From positions 1-9,742 of IMG/VR virus record IMGVR_UViG_2695420382_000009: 9,742 nt of DNA; one strand, 5' to 3'. The stretch is from a virus (Duplodnaviria > Heunggongvirae > Uroviricota > Caudoviricetes). Both the position numbers and the translations under genes were made by a program. Numbering within the stretch: the stretch's first letter is position 1; each line of letters begins with the position of its first letter. The notes beneath the pieces were generated by a model that searched no databases, was not told the DNA's origin, and saw nothing but the letters and a program-made list of their open reading frames with translations. This document shows positions 1 through 7,963 of the stretch, one piece after another.

Positions 1-199
1 TACACTAAATCAGTAAGTTGGCAGCATCACCCGGTAATTATTGAGTAATAATAAATTGATTATTGCAAATGTAATTTAATTCCATCTTCGCGTTATATTC
101 CAATCTTTAATCTCCGCATGGAACAAGTTGCATGCGTGACTATATTAAGACAACTTATAACCACCAAAACATTTGCTTTGCAAGCAAAAACAGTGACCA

Positions 200-228
200 T
201 TGACTCTAAGAAAATTCCGATCTATTGT
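200..228 (+). promoter_or_regulatory. Candidate sigma70 promoter (speculative)
   Basis: TTGACT at 200-205 (5/6 match to the -35 consensus), 17-bp spacer, TATTGT at 223-228 (4/6 match to the -10 consensus), in AT-rich DNA upstream of the small ORF at 263. Motif match only. Confidence 0.2.
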
Positions 229-262
229 TAGGGTCATCAAAGTTACTTAACAGTATTCCGAA

Positions 263-364
263 ATGAAAATACAAAGCAAGCTAATTGTCTTATTAAACAT
301 TATTATTGCATTTATATTATTTGAGCTTTTAGCTCAAAAATTTGGTTTGAGTACATTATTTTAA
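263..364 (+). CDS. Hypothetical small hydrophobic peptide, 33 aa (speculative)
   Basis: ATG 263-265 to TAA 362-364, translating to MKIQSKLIVLLNIIIAFILFELLAQKFGLSTLF. One predicted hydrophobic helix. No convincing Shine-Dalgarno (only GAAA before the ATG). Lies between the candidate promoter and the terminator at 513-543. Confidence 0.15.
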   Translation: MKIQSKLIVLLNIIIAFILFELLAQKFGLSTLF

Positions 365-512
365 AGCAAGATAAACAATATCGGGCACTCTAGTTTTTAT
401 AATTAACAATTAAACGTCCATAAAATGTTATTTACTTTTCTTCGCTATTGTCATATCTTAATATAGTGGCTTACGCCACTCTACTTTCATCACATTTTGT
501 ACGTTTATGTAC

Positions 513-543
513 TCGCCATGAAGCTCTTTCATGGCGATTTTTT
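513..543 (+). terminator. Rho-independent terminator, plus-strand orientation
   Basis: Perfect 10-bp stem (513-522 TCGCCATGAA pairing with 528-537 TTCATGGCGA), 5-nt loop GCTCT, then TTTTTT at 538-543. No U-run on the other side, so it is unidirectional. Confidence 0.6.
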
Positions 544-629
544 ATTCTTAATCCAAGAACATACTCCCTACCTATAGCAAAATCACTTTTTTAACAAAAG
601 AATAACGTATTTAGGTAATCATTACGAAT

Positions 630-1211
630 TTACCCTATAGGTGCTACTGGCCATTCAATATCCGGTGCAGTTGATGTATCAACACGGTTCAGCAACACCC
701 GATACTTTTTCCAGGCTTCCAGCAACAAGGTTTCTTTCTCCGTTGCGATCTCCAGATCCACAGCATCCTGAAGCGGCGCTATATGCTCACTGGCTACCTG
801 CATCAGGCTGTTTTTTGTTTCTTCCGCCTCCCGGATCCGGAACAGTTTTTCTGCTTCCGTATCCTTCACCCAGGCTGTGCCGTTCCACTTCTGAAACTCC
901 CCTTCCGGGGATAACCAGGTGACATTTTCCGGTAATGAGCCGAGTTCAGAAATAAATAACGCGTCGCCGGAAGCCACGTCATAAACCGTTTTACCCCGAT
1001 GATCTTCAACGAGATGCCACGATGACTCATCACTGTTGAAAACAGCCACGAAACCAGCCGGAATATCTGGCGGTGCAATATCGGTACTGTTTGCAGGCAG
1101 ACCTGTATGAGGCGGAATATATGCGTCACCTTCACCAATAAATTCATTAGTTCCGGCCAGCAGGTTATAAATTTTTATGGTCCGTGCTTGTTCACTCATT
1201 CTGAATGCCAT
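630..1211 (-). CDS. tfa: Tail fibre assembly protein, lambda Tfa type (Caudo_TAP family), 193 aa
   Basis: 193-aa [27 protein letters not shown]...[25 protein letters not shown], matching lambda Tfa / K-12 TfaR as I recall them. ATG at 1209-1211 overlaps the stf stop (TAATG), the classic stf-tfa coupling. GAGG Shine-Dalgarno about 9 nt upstream. Confidence 0.92.
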   Translation of the reverse strand: MAFRMSEQARTIKIYNLLAGTNEFIGEGDAYIPPHTGLPANSTDIAPPDIPAGFVAVFNSDESSWHLVEDHRGKTVYDVASGDALFISELGSLPENVTWLSPEGEFQKWNGTAWVKDTEAEKLFRIREAEETKNSLMQVASEHIAPLQDAVDLEIATEKETLLLEAWKKYRVLLNRVDTSTAPDIEWPVAPIG

Positions 1212-3410
1212 TATGCGAGCCTCACAATATAGTTAAATGCGATGTTTTTGACGGTGTTTTCCGCGTTACCAGCAGCGTTAACGGTGATGGTGTGTCCATG
1301 TGAACCAATCGCAACAGAGTGCGTATGAGCACCAATACCGACAGTATGCGCGTGTGCACCCGCAGATGCTGCTGTGCCGGACAGTGAGTGTGTATGGTTT
1401 CCTTCTGAAGATGATTTACCTACCCATTGGGAGGTGCCACTGGTTAATGAGCCACTGATACCAACCTGATTAGTCCCGCTAACTTGAGTACTCCCTGCCG
1501 GAAACATTCCAGTAGGTTGACTCCCGCTATTCGTTCTGGGCCCAGTCTGACTATGTTGGTGGGCCCCAGCTGAACTTGTAGAGCCGCTCAGACTGTGCGT
1601 ATGCGCCCCGGTGTTATTCGTGGATTTAGTGCCGTAATCAAACGACGATGTGGTTTTCGTCCCCAAATCCGTACTGGATGCGCTGGCGCTGTGGGTGTGC
1701 GATTTAATGCCATCCTGTTCCTGAGACAATACGGCACGACCACTGGCGGGCTTGCCCTTAATCGTCCAGCCACGCATATCAGGGATCACGCCTGACGGAT
1801 AAGCGGCTGCAAGTTTCGGGTAAGCAGATTTGTCAAAAGTCTGCCCCTGCATCAGGGCATAACCAGACGGAACGGTATCTGATGGCCACGGGATTGGTGC
1901 ACCGACTGGATAAAACTCTGCAGGAGGATGAGCCGAGGTGTAAAGCTGCGCCCACGGCGACCAGTTTGCGTCGGTCGTATCCCGTCGTGAACGAATAAAT
2001 GCCGGAGCATGAGCACCGCTTGTACCACTCCAGCCGATGAGTAACTCACCTTCGCCAACGGCTGTCATCCCTTTCAGGTGAATGATATTTCCATACGCTG
2101 TTGGATATCCGTTGTTATACACCTCGTATAACTCAAGACCTGCTGCCCCCTGCGTATTGTCTGTCAGCGCGGCTACCCGACCTTTTGAAGCCAGATTAAC
2201 TGATGATACTGCTGTTCCACCTGACGGTAGCGCCCCGATCTCTGATGCCGTTGGCTTATTTCTGGAGTTATAGTCCCTTCGCCAGCCAGGTGAATAATCT
2301 GTTCCGTGATTAATATAGGTAAACTGGGCGTTGGTTGTTCCGCCACCGCTGGATGTGGTCGGAGTGGTAATGCGGATCGTCATCGCTGACTTTATCCCCA
2401 TTACTTCAATGACAGCTCCGGCGAGATGAATATTACCGCAGCCAGTATCAGTAATGATTTTATTATTGCCATAAGACCAGGAACCCTTGCACATCCAGTA
2501 TGGATGGTTAAATGCTCCCTGAGAATCCAGCCACTCGATAAACTGTGCAGTCGTCCAGTTTCCTGTTGTTGTGCTTACTGACCCACCGAAGGCACGGCAG
2601 GCACCAATATTTTTCGTAAAGGTGTCTTTGCCAGGGATATCCGCACCGTTCTGATCTTTCTGCAGACGTTTCTCAGCATTGTCATTGGCTGCTTTTACTG
2701 CCTTTGGCGTTGCCGCCAGCGTTTCAGACGTGCTGTTGGTCGCGCTGCTTAGCTGGATTATCCCTTTCTGTGCTGTCGTTGCATCCTGTGCGGTGTATTT
2801 CCCGTTAGCCAGGTCATACGCGGCCTTAACGGCTTTTGGTGTTGCCGCCAGTGACTCGGAAGTGCTGTTAGTCGCACTACTGAGCTGTACTATCCCCTTT
2901 TTCGTCGTGCTCGCATCCTCCAGCGCCACGGCGGATGCAATATCCTCTGCCCGTTTTGCCGCTGTCTCAGCGCGCGTTGCTGCAGATTCCGCCGTACTTT
3001 TGCTCTGAGCTGCTGCCGTCGCACTACCAGCAGCCTCTGTCGCCTTCGTGGATGCCGTCGTGGCGCTGCCCTTCGCTGCTGACGCCTGTCTGGTCGCCTC
3101 ATCTTTTGAAGCAGACGCCGATGATGCCGATGACGCCGCCGAACTGGCGGACGATGCGGCAGCCGTTTTTGAGGATTCTGCACGGGTTTCCGACGCTTTC
3201 GCGTTCGTTTCGGATGTCTTCGCTGCGGAAGCTGACCTCGCTGCTGCCGTGGCCTGCTCAGTGGCTTCGCCAGCCTTCGTTGTGGCTGTTGAAGCGGATG
3301 ATGCGGCGCTTTCTGCCGATTTTCCGGCGGCGGTGGCACTGGCTGAGGCCTGCCCGGCACTTGTTGACGCGGCGCTGGCAGACGACGCAGCCGCTGTTTT
3401 TGAGCCTGCC
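1211..3410 (-). CDS. stf: Side tail fibre protein, 3' portion (central repeats plus lambda Stf / Rac StfR-type C-terminal domain); 5' end cut at n3411
   Basis: Ala/Ser/Thr-rich repeats, duplicated KGI(V/I)[11 protein letters not shown](S/T)[11 protein letters not shown] motif, His-x-His-rich distal region, C-terminus ...[26 protein letters not shown], stop TAA at 1211-1213. The track ORF 1211..3607 is chimeric: above n3411 it encodes an unrelated tfa-like N-terminus and begins with a TTG. Confidence 0.85.
2687..2899 (-). repeat. Imperfect tandem duplication (about 132-bp period) of the conserved phage tail-fibre repeat inside stf
   Basis: The protein motif [27 protein letters not shown] recurs 44 aa later as [27 protein letters not shown]. 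The DNA copies are visibly similar (for example GGCGTTGCCGCCAG... appears twice). Confidence 0.7.
3234..3410. repeat. 177-bp exact repeat, identical to 6839..7015 (stf central region), ending at n3411
   Basis: Base-by-base comparison: GACCTCGCTGCTGCCGTGGCCTGCTCAGTGGCTTCGCC...GCTGTTTTTGAGCCTGCC is identical in both places. A third, near-identical copy with a few SNPs lies in stf at about 5290-5465. Confidence 0.9.
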
Positions 3411-3411
3411 N

Positions 3412-3571
3412 CGTAAGCAATTTTTATGGTGTCTGGCTGAAAATTCTTTTGTTCCTCATACCAGTTTTTGCCATCTTCGCAAAAGAGCCATACCACGCCC
3501 GCTTTTTTAGTTAGCTGGTATTGTTCCGGTGTTTTCGGATTCCCGGCCTTAATATTTTTCAGGTGCATCAT
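3412..3571 (-). CDS. 5' fragment (53 codons) of a P2 G / Mu U-type tail-fibre assembly chaperone gene; cut at n3411
   Basis: ATGATG at 3566-3571 lies 1 nt after the stop of the upstream stf (TAAGATGATG), with a GGGGAG Shine-Dalgarno. It encodes [53 protein letters not shown], which resembles the N-termini of P2 G-like Tfa proteins as I recall them. The frame then runs across n3411 into stf repeat sequence. Confidence 0.6.
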
Positions 3572-3572
3572 C

Positions 3573-6329
3573 TTAAACACTCCCCACGTTGTACCATATT
3601 CCCCCAATCAATTTCTGAATTGGCCTTCTGGCAACAGTGTCGACAATATCATCCGCATTGCTGTTAATTGCGGCTGTTAAAACATAACCTGACGCATCGC
3701 CAAAGCCGTAGTCGCGCCATACGTTTTTATATTCAATGCTGCCAAGACGAATATCCCGAACGACATGATTATGCAGCCATGTGCTTAACCAGTTGTTTTC
3801 CCACACTGAACCATAAATATCGCCACTAGACGCAACTTGCGCACCACTTCCCAGCGCAAATCCCCCATCTGTTTTAAAAATGAAATCACCACCACCATCT
3901 GAACCGTTATTAATATGAACACCATCACCACCGTTATCTTTCCACAAAAACATACGAATTCTTCCGTCTTCGTTGGCGAATGTAATGTGGTGGCGGTAAT
4001 TACTTTTTAATCTAAAATTGCTGCCATTAGATTCAATATCTTTATAAAGATGTAATCCTAACTCATCAATATGTCCGATGCGCGAACCATTTGAATAGAA
4101 GCTAATAATACCATCTCCATCTTGCCTAAATCCGGTGTCGTTATCTCCCAGAACAATGGAGTTTTCACCCAGTGCGTTATCAGTAGCTCCAATAGCTAGA
4201 CCTCCTTTAATTTTGGCCCCGTGGCTGACAGATATAGCACCTGTTCTCAGATTTATAGCGAATGGCCTTAATGGGCCGATATTACCGTTTTCGCCTTGTC
4301 CTTCAGCCGTCGGAATGAAATGAAGAAAATCTTCTGAACGACGGAAAATTAGACCGAAGGTATCATTGAAAATTCGCAGCGCATTCACCGTGCCAATTTT
4401 CAGTTCTCCGGTCATTTTATCGCCGGAACGCTGAACGGCGTTACCAGCCTTGTTTACCGTTTCCTGTAAACCGAGGTATTCGATAACGGCAGCAACGGTC
4501 GATTTCGCAAGAATATCCCGCCCGACTTTTGTCAGGGTTGCCAGGCTGGCGACATCATTCCCCGTAAAATACGGAAACTTGCCTGCCGCAGTAGTAAGTC
4601 CGGCCAGCGCCGTCAGGGTGGCATCTTTCGGTTGCTTACCCGCAAGCGCGTTAGTCATGGTGGTCGCAAAATTCGGGTCGTTGCCCAGCGCCGCAGCCAG
4701 CTCGTTCAGCGTGTTCAGTGCATCAGGTGACGAATCTACAAGGGCGGCAATCGCAGCCATAACGAAAGCCGTGCTTGCGATTTGGGTATTATTCGTTCCC
4801 TGTCGCGCAGTTGGTGTTGTTGGCGTTCCGGTCAGTGCAGGACTATTTAAGGGCGCTTTCTTGTTCGTTTCACCCATTACCGCCTTAACCGCTTTTGGCG
4901 TTGCCGCCAGTGACTCGGAAGTGCTGTTGGTCGCACTGCTGAGCTGTACTATCCCCTTTTTCGTCGTGCTCGCATCCTCCAGCGCCACGGCGGATGCAAT
5001 ATCCTCTGCCCGTTTTGCTGCTGTCTCGGCGCGCGTTGCCGCGGATTCAGCAGCAACTTTGCTCTGAGATGCAGCCGTCGCACTGCCTGCCGCCTCTGAT
5101 GCTTTCGTTGTTGCTGTCGTGGCACTACCTTTCGCTGCTGACGCTTGTCTGGTCGCCTCATCTTTTGAAGCAGACGCAGATGATGCCGATGACGCCGCTG
5201 AACTGGCTGACGATGCGGCTGCTGCCTTAGAGGAAGCAGCATTGTCTGCTGAAGTCTTTGCATTTGTTTCAGAGGTTTTTGCTGCAGAAGCAGACCTCGC
5301 TGCTGCAGTGGCTTGCTCAGTGGCTTTGCCAGCCTTCGTTGTGGCTGTTGAAGCGGATGATGCGGCGCTTTCTGCCGATTTTCCGGCGGCGGTGGCACTG
5401 GCTGAGGCCTGCCCGGCACTTGTTGACGCGGCACTGGCAGATAATGCAGCCGCTGTTTTTGAACCTGCCGCAGCTGAGGCGCTCTGTCCCGCTGCTGTTT
5501 CAGAAGACTTAGCGTTCGTCTCGGACGTTTTTGCCGCCTTCGCGGAATTTCCTGCCGCCGTTGCCGAGGAAGCTGCACTACTGGCACTTGATGATGCATT
5601 CGTTTCTGAAGATTTCGCTGCCTCTTTTGAGGCCGCCGCACCCCGTGCCGAGGTGGCAGCTTCTGACGCCTTCGTGGTCGCTGTGGATGCAGAAGTGGCT
5701 GCCGATTTTTGTGATGCTGCGGCATTCGTTTCTGACGTTTTCGCGGCACTGGCGCTGGTAGCTGCCGCGCTTTTTGATGACTCTGCAGCAGCACTTTTTG
5801 CTGCTTCACGGGCCTTTGTCGATGCCGTTCCTGCGCTGGAAGACGCTGACTGAGCCGACGACGCGGCCTGTCCGGCTGACGTGCTGGCGGCACGTGCTGA
5901 GGCTGCAGCATCGGTTGCATGAGTTGCCGCCTCGCTGGCTGATTTTTTCGCGGCTGCCGTATTCTGTGCAACCGCGGAGGCGTTACGTGACACCTCTTCC
6001 ACCATCTGCTCAAAGCGGCGCAGTGCCTCCGGTCGGACATCATCCTCCGTCATGGCACCGAGAAAATCATTCAGCGTACCTGGTCTGGAACCTTCATAGA
6101 CGGTAATGGTCCCGGCATGTGAAGGCGGAAAACCTTCAACCAGCAGGGTGACGCTGTACTGACCATGCTCAACATCCATGCTGTAACGTCCGGCTTCATC
6201 CGGATTTTCAGAGGCCACCGTGTTCACCACCATCGTGCTGCTGGTTCGTCTGGCCTTCAGCACAATGGTGCAGTTCTGTACTGGTTTTCCTGTGCCATCT
6301 TTAAGCACGCCAGAAATTTTTACTGTCAT
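3573..6329 (-). CDS. stf: Side tail fibre protein, complete, 918 aa, with a C-terminal domain different from the one at 1211..3410
   Basis: ATG at 6327-6329 with GGTGGA Shine-Dalgarno. N-terminus [22 protein letters not shown]... is the conserved Stf start. Long Ala/Ser/Thr-rich repeat region, one [26 protein letters not shown] motif, then a distinct roughly 435-aa C-terminal region (3573..4880) containing [10 protein letters not shown] and ending ...[11 protein letters not shown]. Stop TAA at 3573-3575. Confidence 0.9.
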   Translation of the reverse strand: MTVKISGVLKDGTGKPVQNCTIVLKARRTSSTMVVNTVASENPDEAGRYSMDVEHGQYSVTLLVEGFPPSHAGTITVYEGSRPGTLNDFLGAMTEDDVRPEALRRFEQMVEEVSRNASAVAQNTAAAKKSASEAATHATDAAASARAASTSAGQAASSAQSASSSAGTASTKAREAAKSAAAESSKSAAATSASAAKTSETNAAASQKSAATSASTATTKASEAATSARGAAASKEAAKSSETNASSSASSAASSATAAGNSAKAAKTSETNAKSSETAAGQSASAAAGSKTAAALSASAASTSAGQASASATAAGKSAESAASSASTATTKAGKATEQATAAARSASAAKTSETNAKTSADNAASSKAAAASSASSAASSASSASASKDEATRQASAAKGSATTATTKASEAAGSATAASQSKVAAESAATRAETAAKRAEDIASAVALEDASTTKKGIVQLSSATNSTSESLAATPKAVKAVMGETNKKAPLNSPALTGTPTTPTARQGTNNTQIASTAFVMAAIAALVDSSPDALNTLNELAAALGNDPNFATTMTNALAGKQPKDATLTALAGLTTAAGKFPYFTGNDVASLATLTKVGRDILAKSTVAAVIEYLGLQETVNKAGNAVQRSGDKMTGELKIGTVNALRIFNDTFGLIFRRSEDFLHFIPTAEGQGENGNIGPLRPFAINLRTGAISVSHGAKIKGGLAIGATDNALGENSIVLGDNDTGFRQDGDGIISFYSNGSRIGHIDELGLHLYKDIESNGSNFRLKSNYRHHITFANEDGRIRMFLWKDNGGDGVHINNGSDGGGDFIFKTDGGFALGSGAQVASSGDIYGSVWENNWLSTWLHNHVVRDIRLGSIEYKNVWRDYGFGDASGYVLTAAINSNADDIVDTVARRPIQKLIGGIWYNVGSV

Positions 6330-6342
6330 ACTTTTCCACCAA

Positions 6343-6375
6343 TAAAAAAAGCCCGCAGCAGTGACGCCACGGGCT
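6343..6375 (-). terminator. Putative intrinsic terminator downstream of the lom 3' fragment (minus strand)
   Basis: On the minus strand, stem AGCCCG/CGGGCT (6350-6355 with 6370-6375) and a 14-nt loop, followed by a U-run (plus-strand AAAAAAA at 6344-6350). The loop is long, so this is weaker than the one at 7911-7936. Confidence 0.4.
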
Positions 6376-6480
6376 TCAGGACAGTGTAACTTTACGTTTC
6401 CTCAAACGCAGTTCACCCCATAAGGTGGATGAACCTGCGTATCATAACAATATTTACAGAAGATAAATCGGCGTCTGTTG

Positions 6481-6837
6481 TCAGATACGGTATCCGATAC
6501 CAACAATAAATGCATCCGTTCGCCAGTCACCACTACCGGAACCTTCATAAGCAAGGTCAATGGTCACGGATTCGGTCGGGTTAAACTGCACGCCAGCCCC
6601 CCACGCCAGAGACGTGTTGCTGTGGCGACCGTCATCACTTCCGGTCAGCACATCGTGCGTTTTCCCCTTGTTGTCAGTTACGCGGAGATAATCCCCGGAG
6701 AAAGTCGACACACGGCTGTAAGCCACACCCACCATCGCATACGCGCTGAACCATTCATTCACGCGTACAGACGGCCCCGCCATCACGCTGAACCAGCGGT
6801 TACGCACGGAATCTTCATGCCAGCGGGTATCGCTGTA
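6481..6837 (-). CDS. lom: lom 3' fragment (Ail/Lom outer-membrane protein, C-terminal 118 codons); 5' end cut at n6838
   Basis: Encodes YSDTRWHEDSVRNRWFSVMAGPSVRVNEWFSAYAMVGVAYSRVSTF...AWGAGVQFNPTESVTIDLAYEGSGSGDWRTDAFIVGIGYRI, stop at 6481-6483. Matches the lambda Lom C-terminal half. The track ORF 6481..7905 joins it in-frame to stf across n6838, which is an artefact. Confidence 0.8.
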   Translation of the reverse strand, partial: YSDTRWHEDSVRNRWFSVMAGPSVRVNEWFSAYAMVGVAYSRVSTFSGDYLRVTDNKGKTHDVLTGSDDGRHSNTSLAWGAGVQFNPTESVTIDLAYEGSGSGDWRTDAFIVGIGYRI

Positions 6838-6838
6838 N

Positions 6839-7899
6839 GACCTCGCTGCTGCCGTGGCCTGCTCAGTGGCTTCGCCAGCCTTCGTTGTGGCTGTTGAAGC
6901 GGATGATGCGGCGCTTTCTGCCGATTTTCCGGCGGCGGTGGCACTGGCTGAGGCCTGCCCGGCACTTGTTGACGCGGCGCTGGCAGACGACGCAGCCGCT
7001 GTTTTTGAGCCTGCCGCAGCTGAGGCACTCTGTCCCGCTGCCGTTTCAGAAGACCTGGCGTTCGTCTCGGACGTTTTGGCCGCCTTCGCAGAATTTGCAG
7101 CCGCCGTCGCCGAGGAAGCTGCGCTACTGGCGCTTGATGATGCGTTCGTTTCTGATGATTTTGCCGCCTCTTTTGAAGCCGACGCATCCCGGGCTGAGGT
7201 GGCAGCTTCTGACGCTTTCGTGGTCGCGGTGGATGCAGAAGTGGCTGCTGATTGTTGTGACGCTGCCGCATTCGTTTCTAACGTTTTCGCCGCACCGGCA
7301 CTGGTAGCCGCCGCGCTTTTTGAGGACTCTGCAGCGGCAGCACTTTTTGAGGCTTCAGTGGCCTTTGTTGATGCCGTTCCTGCGCTGGAAGACGCTGACT
7401 GAGCCGACGAAGCGGCCTGTCCGGCTGACGTGCTGGCTGCACGTGCTGAATCTGCAGCATCAGTCGCATGGGTTGCCGCCTCACGGGCTGATGTGCTGGC
7501 ATCGCTGGCTGATTTCTTCGCGGCTGCCGTGTTCTGTGCCACCGCGGACGCGTTACGCGCCACCTCTTCCACCATCAGCTCAAAACGGCGCAGTGCCTCC
7601 GGACGGGCATCATCCTCCGTCATGGCACCGAGAAAATCATTCAGCGTACCGGGTCGGGAATCTTCATACACGGTGATGGTCCCGGCATGTGACGGCGGGA
7701 ATCCTTCCACCAACAGAATAACGCTGTACTGACCGTACTCAACGTCCATGCTGTAACGCCCGGCTTCATCCGGATTTTCTGAGGCCAGCGTGTTCACCAC
7801 CACCGTGGTGCTGTTACGTTTTGCTTTCAGCTGGATTGTGCAGTTCTGTACCGGTTTTCCTGTGCCGTCTTTCAGTACACCTGAAATCTTTACTGCCAT
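6839..7899 (-). CDS. stf: Side tail fibre protein, 5' portion (353 codons); 3' end cut at n6838
   Basis: ATG at 7897-7899 (the track's start at 7905 is a GTG two codons upstream), GGGGTG Shine-Dalgarno. [60 protein letters not shown]... is the lambda Stf N-terminus as I recall it. About 90% identical to the N-terminal half of the stf at 3573..6329, with small indels such as an extra DASTSAR. Confidence 0.85.
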
Positions 7900-7910
7900 A
7901 TTCACCCCAC

Positions 7911-7936
7911 AAAAAAGCCCGCCTGAACCGGCGGGC
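7911..7936 (-). terminator. Rho-independent terminator between lom and stf (minus strand)
   Basis: On the minus strand, a perfect 7-bp GC stem GCCCGCC/GGCGGGC (7917-7923 with 7930-7936), 6-nt loop, then a U-run (plus-strand AAAAAA at 7911-7916). About 28 nt after the lom stop and about 12 nt before the stf start codon. Confidence 0.7.
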
Positions 7937-7963
7937 TGTCATAACACTGTGTTACCTGGCTAA

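Noticed and set aside
115-190. Short palindromes (CGCATG...CATGCG at 115-137; TTGCAA core at 178-183) as possible operator or att sites
   Set aside because: The stems are short and imperfect in AT-rich DNA where such matches arise by chance, and nothing nearby supports a binding protein.
641-1147. 93-aa ORFs at 641..922 (+) and 866..1147 (-)
   Set aside because: Both lie inside the well-supported tfa gene in other frames or on the other strand.
1588-2273. Short ORFs inside the stf 3' portion (1588..1773, 1595..1795, 1852..2058, 2082..2273)
   Set aside because: Embedded in the stf coding sequence, with no support beyond being open frames.
2679-3510. Plus-strand and alternative-frame ORFs (2679..3008, 2890..3420, 2935..3510, 3048..3416)
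   Set aside because: Same cause: frame artefacts of the stf repeat region, and one of them contains the n at 3411.
1211-3607. Single 798-aa ORF from the six-frame track ([17 protein letters not shown]...)
   Set aside because: It is chimeric. It starts at a TTG inside the 3' end of the upstream stf, contains a tfa-like N-terminus, crosses n3411 and continues as an Stf shaft. The real ATG of the tfa-like gene is at 3569-3571. Split into two partial features.
4949-6043. 364-aa Arg/Pro/Gln-rich ORF on the minus strand, and the 244-aa Ala/Asp-rich plus-strand ORF at 5119..5853
   Set aside because: Both lie wholly inside stf and are alternative or antisense readings of its GC-rich Ala/Ser/Thr codon repeats. 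Low-complexity composition, no independent start signals.
1211-6329. Invertible tail-fibre segment (Gin/Cin/Pin-type) or a diversity-generating retroelement acting on the fibre tip
   Set aside because: Considered because two alternative fibre C-termini with chaperones are present. But both sets are in the same orientation, no invertase or reverse-transcriptase gene is in the window, and no inverted crossover repeats flank the variable parts.
2687-7015. Possibility that the repeated blocks are a CRISPR array or other non-coding repeat array
   Set aside because: The repeats are long (more than 90 bp), lie inside coding sequence and encode the fibre shaft. There is no short repeat/spacer periodicity and no cas gene.
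6783-7732. ORFs 6783..7271 (-), 6854..7402 (+), 6885..7307 (+), 7278..7502 (-), 7320..7676 (+), 7430..7732 (+)
   Set aside because: All are embedded in the stf 5' fragment and are low-complexity alternative-frame translations.
6481-7905. Single 474-aa ORF fusing the Stf N-terminus to the Lom C-terminus
   Set aside because: The fusion point is exactly n6838 and the two halves are unrelated (fibre shaft versus outer-membrane beta-barrel). Treated as a junction artefact and split into an stf 5' fragment and a lom 3' fragment.
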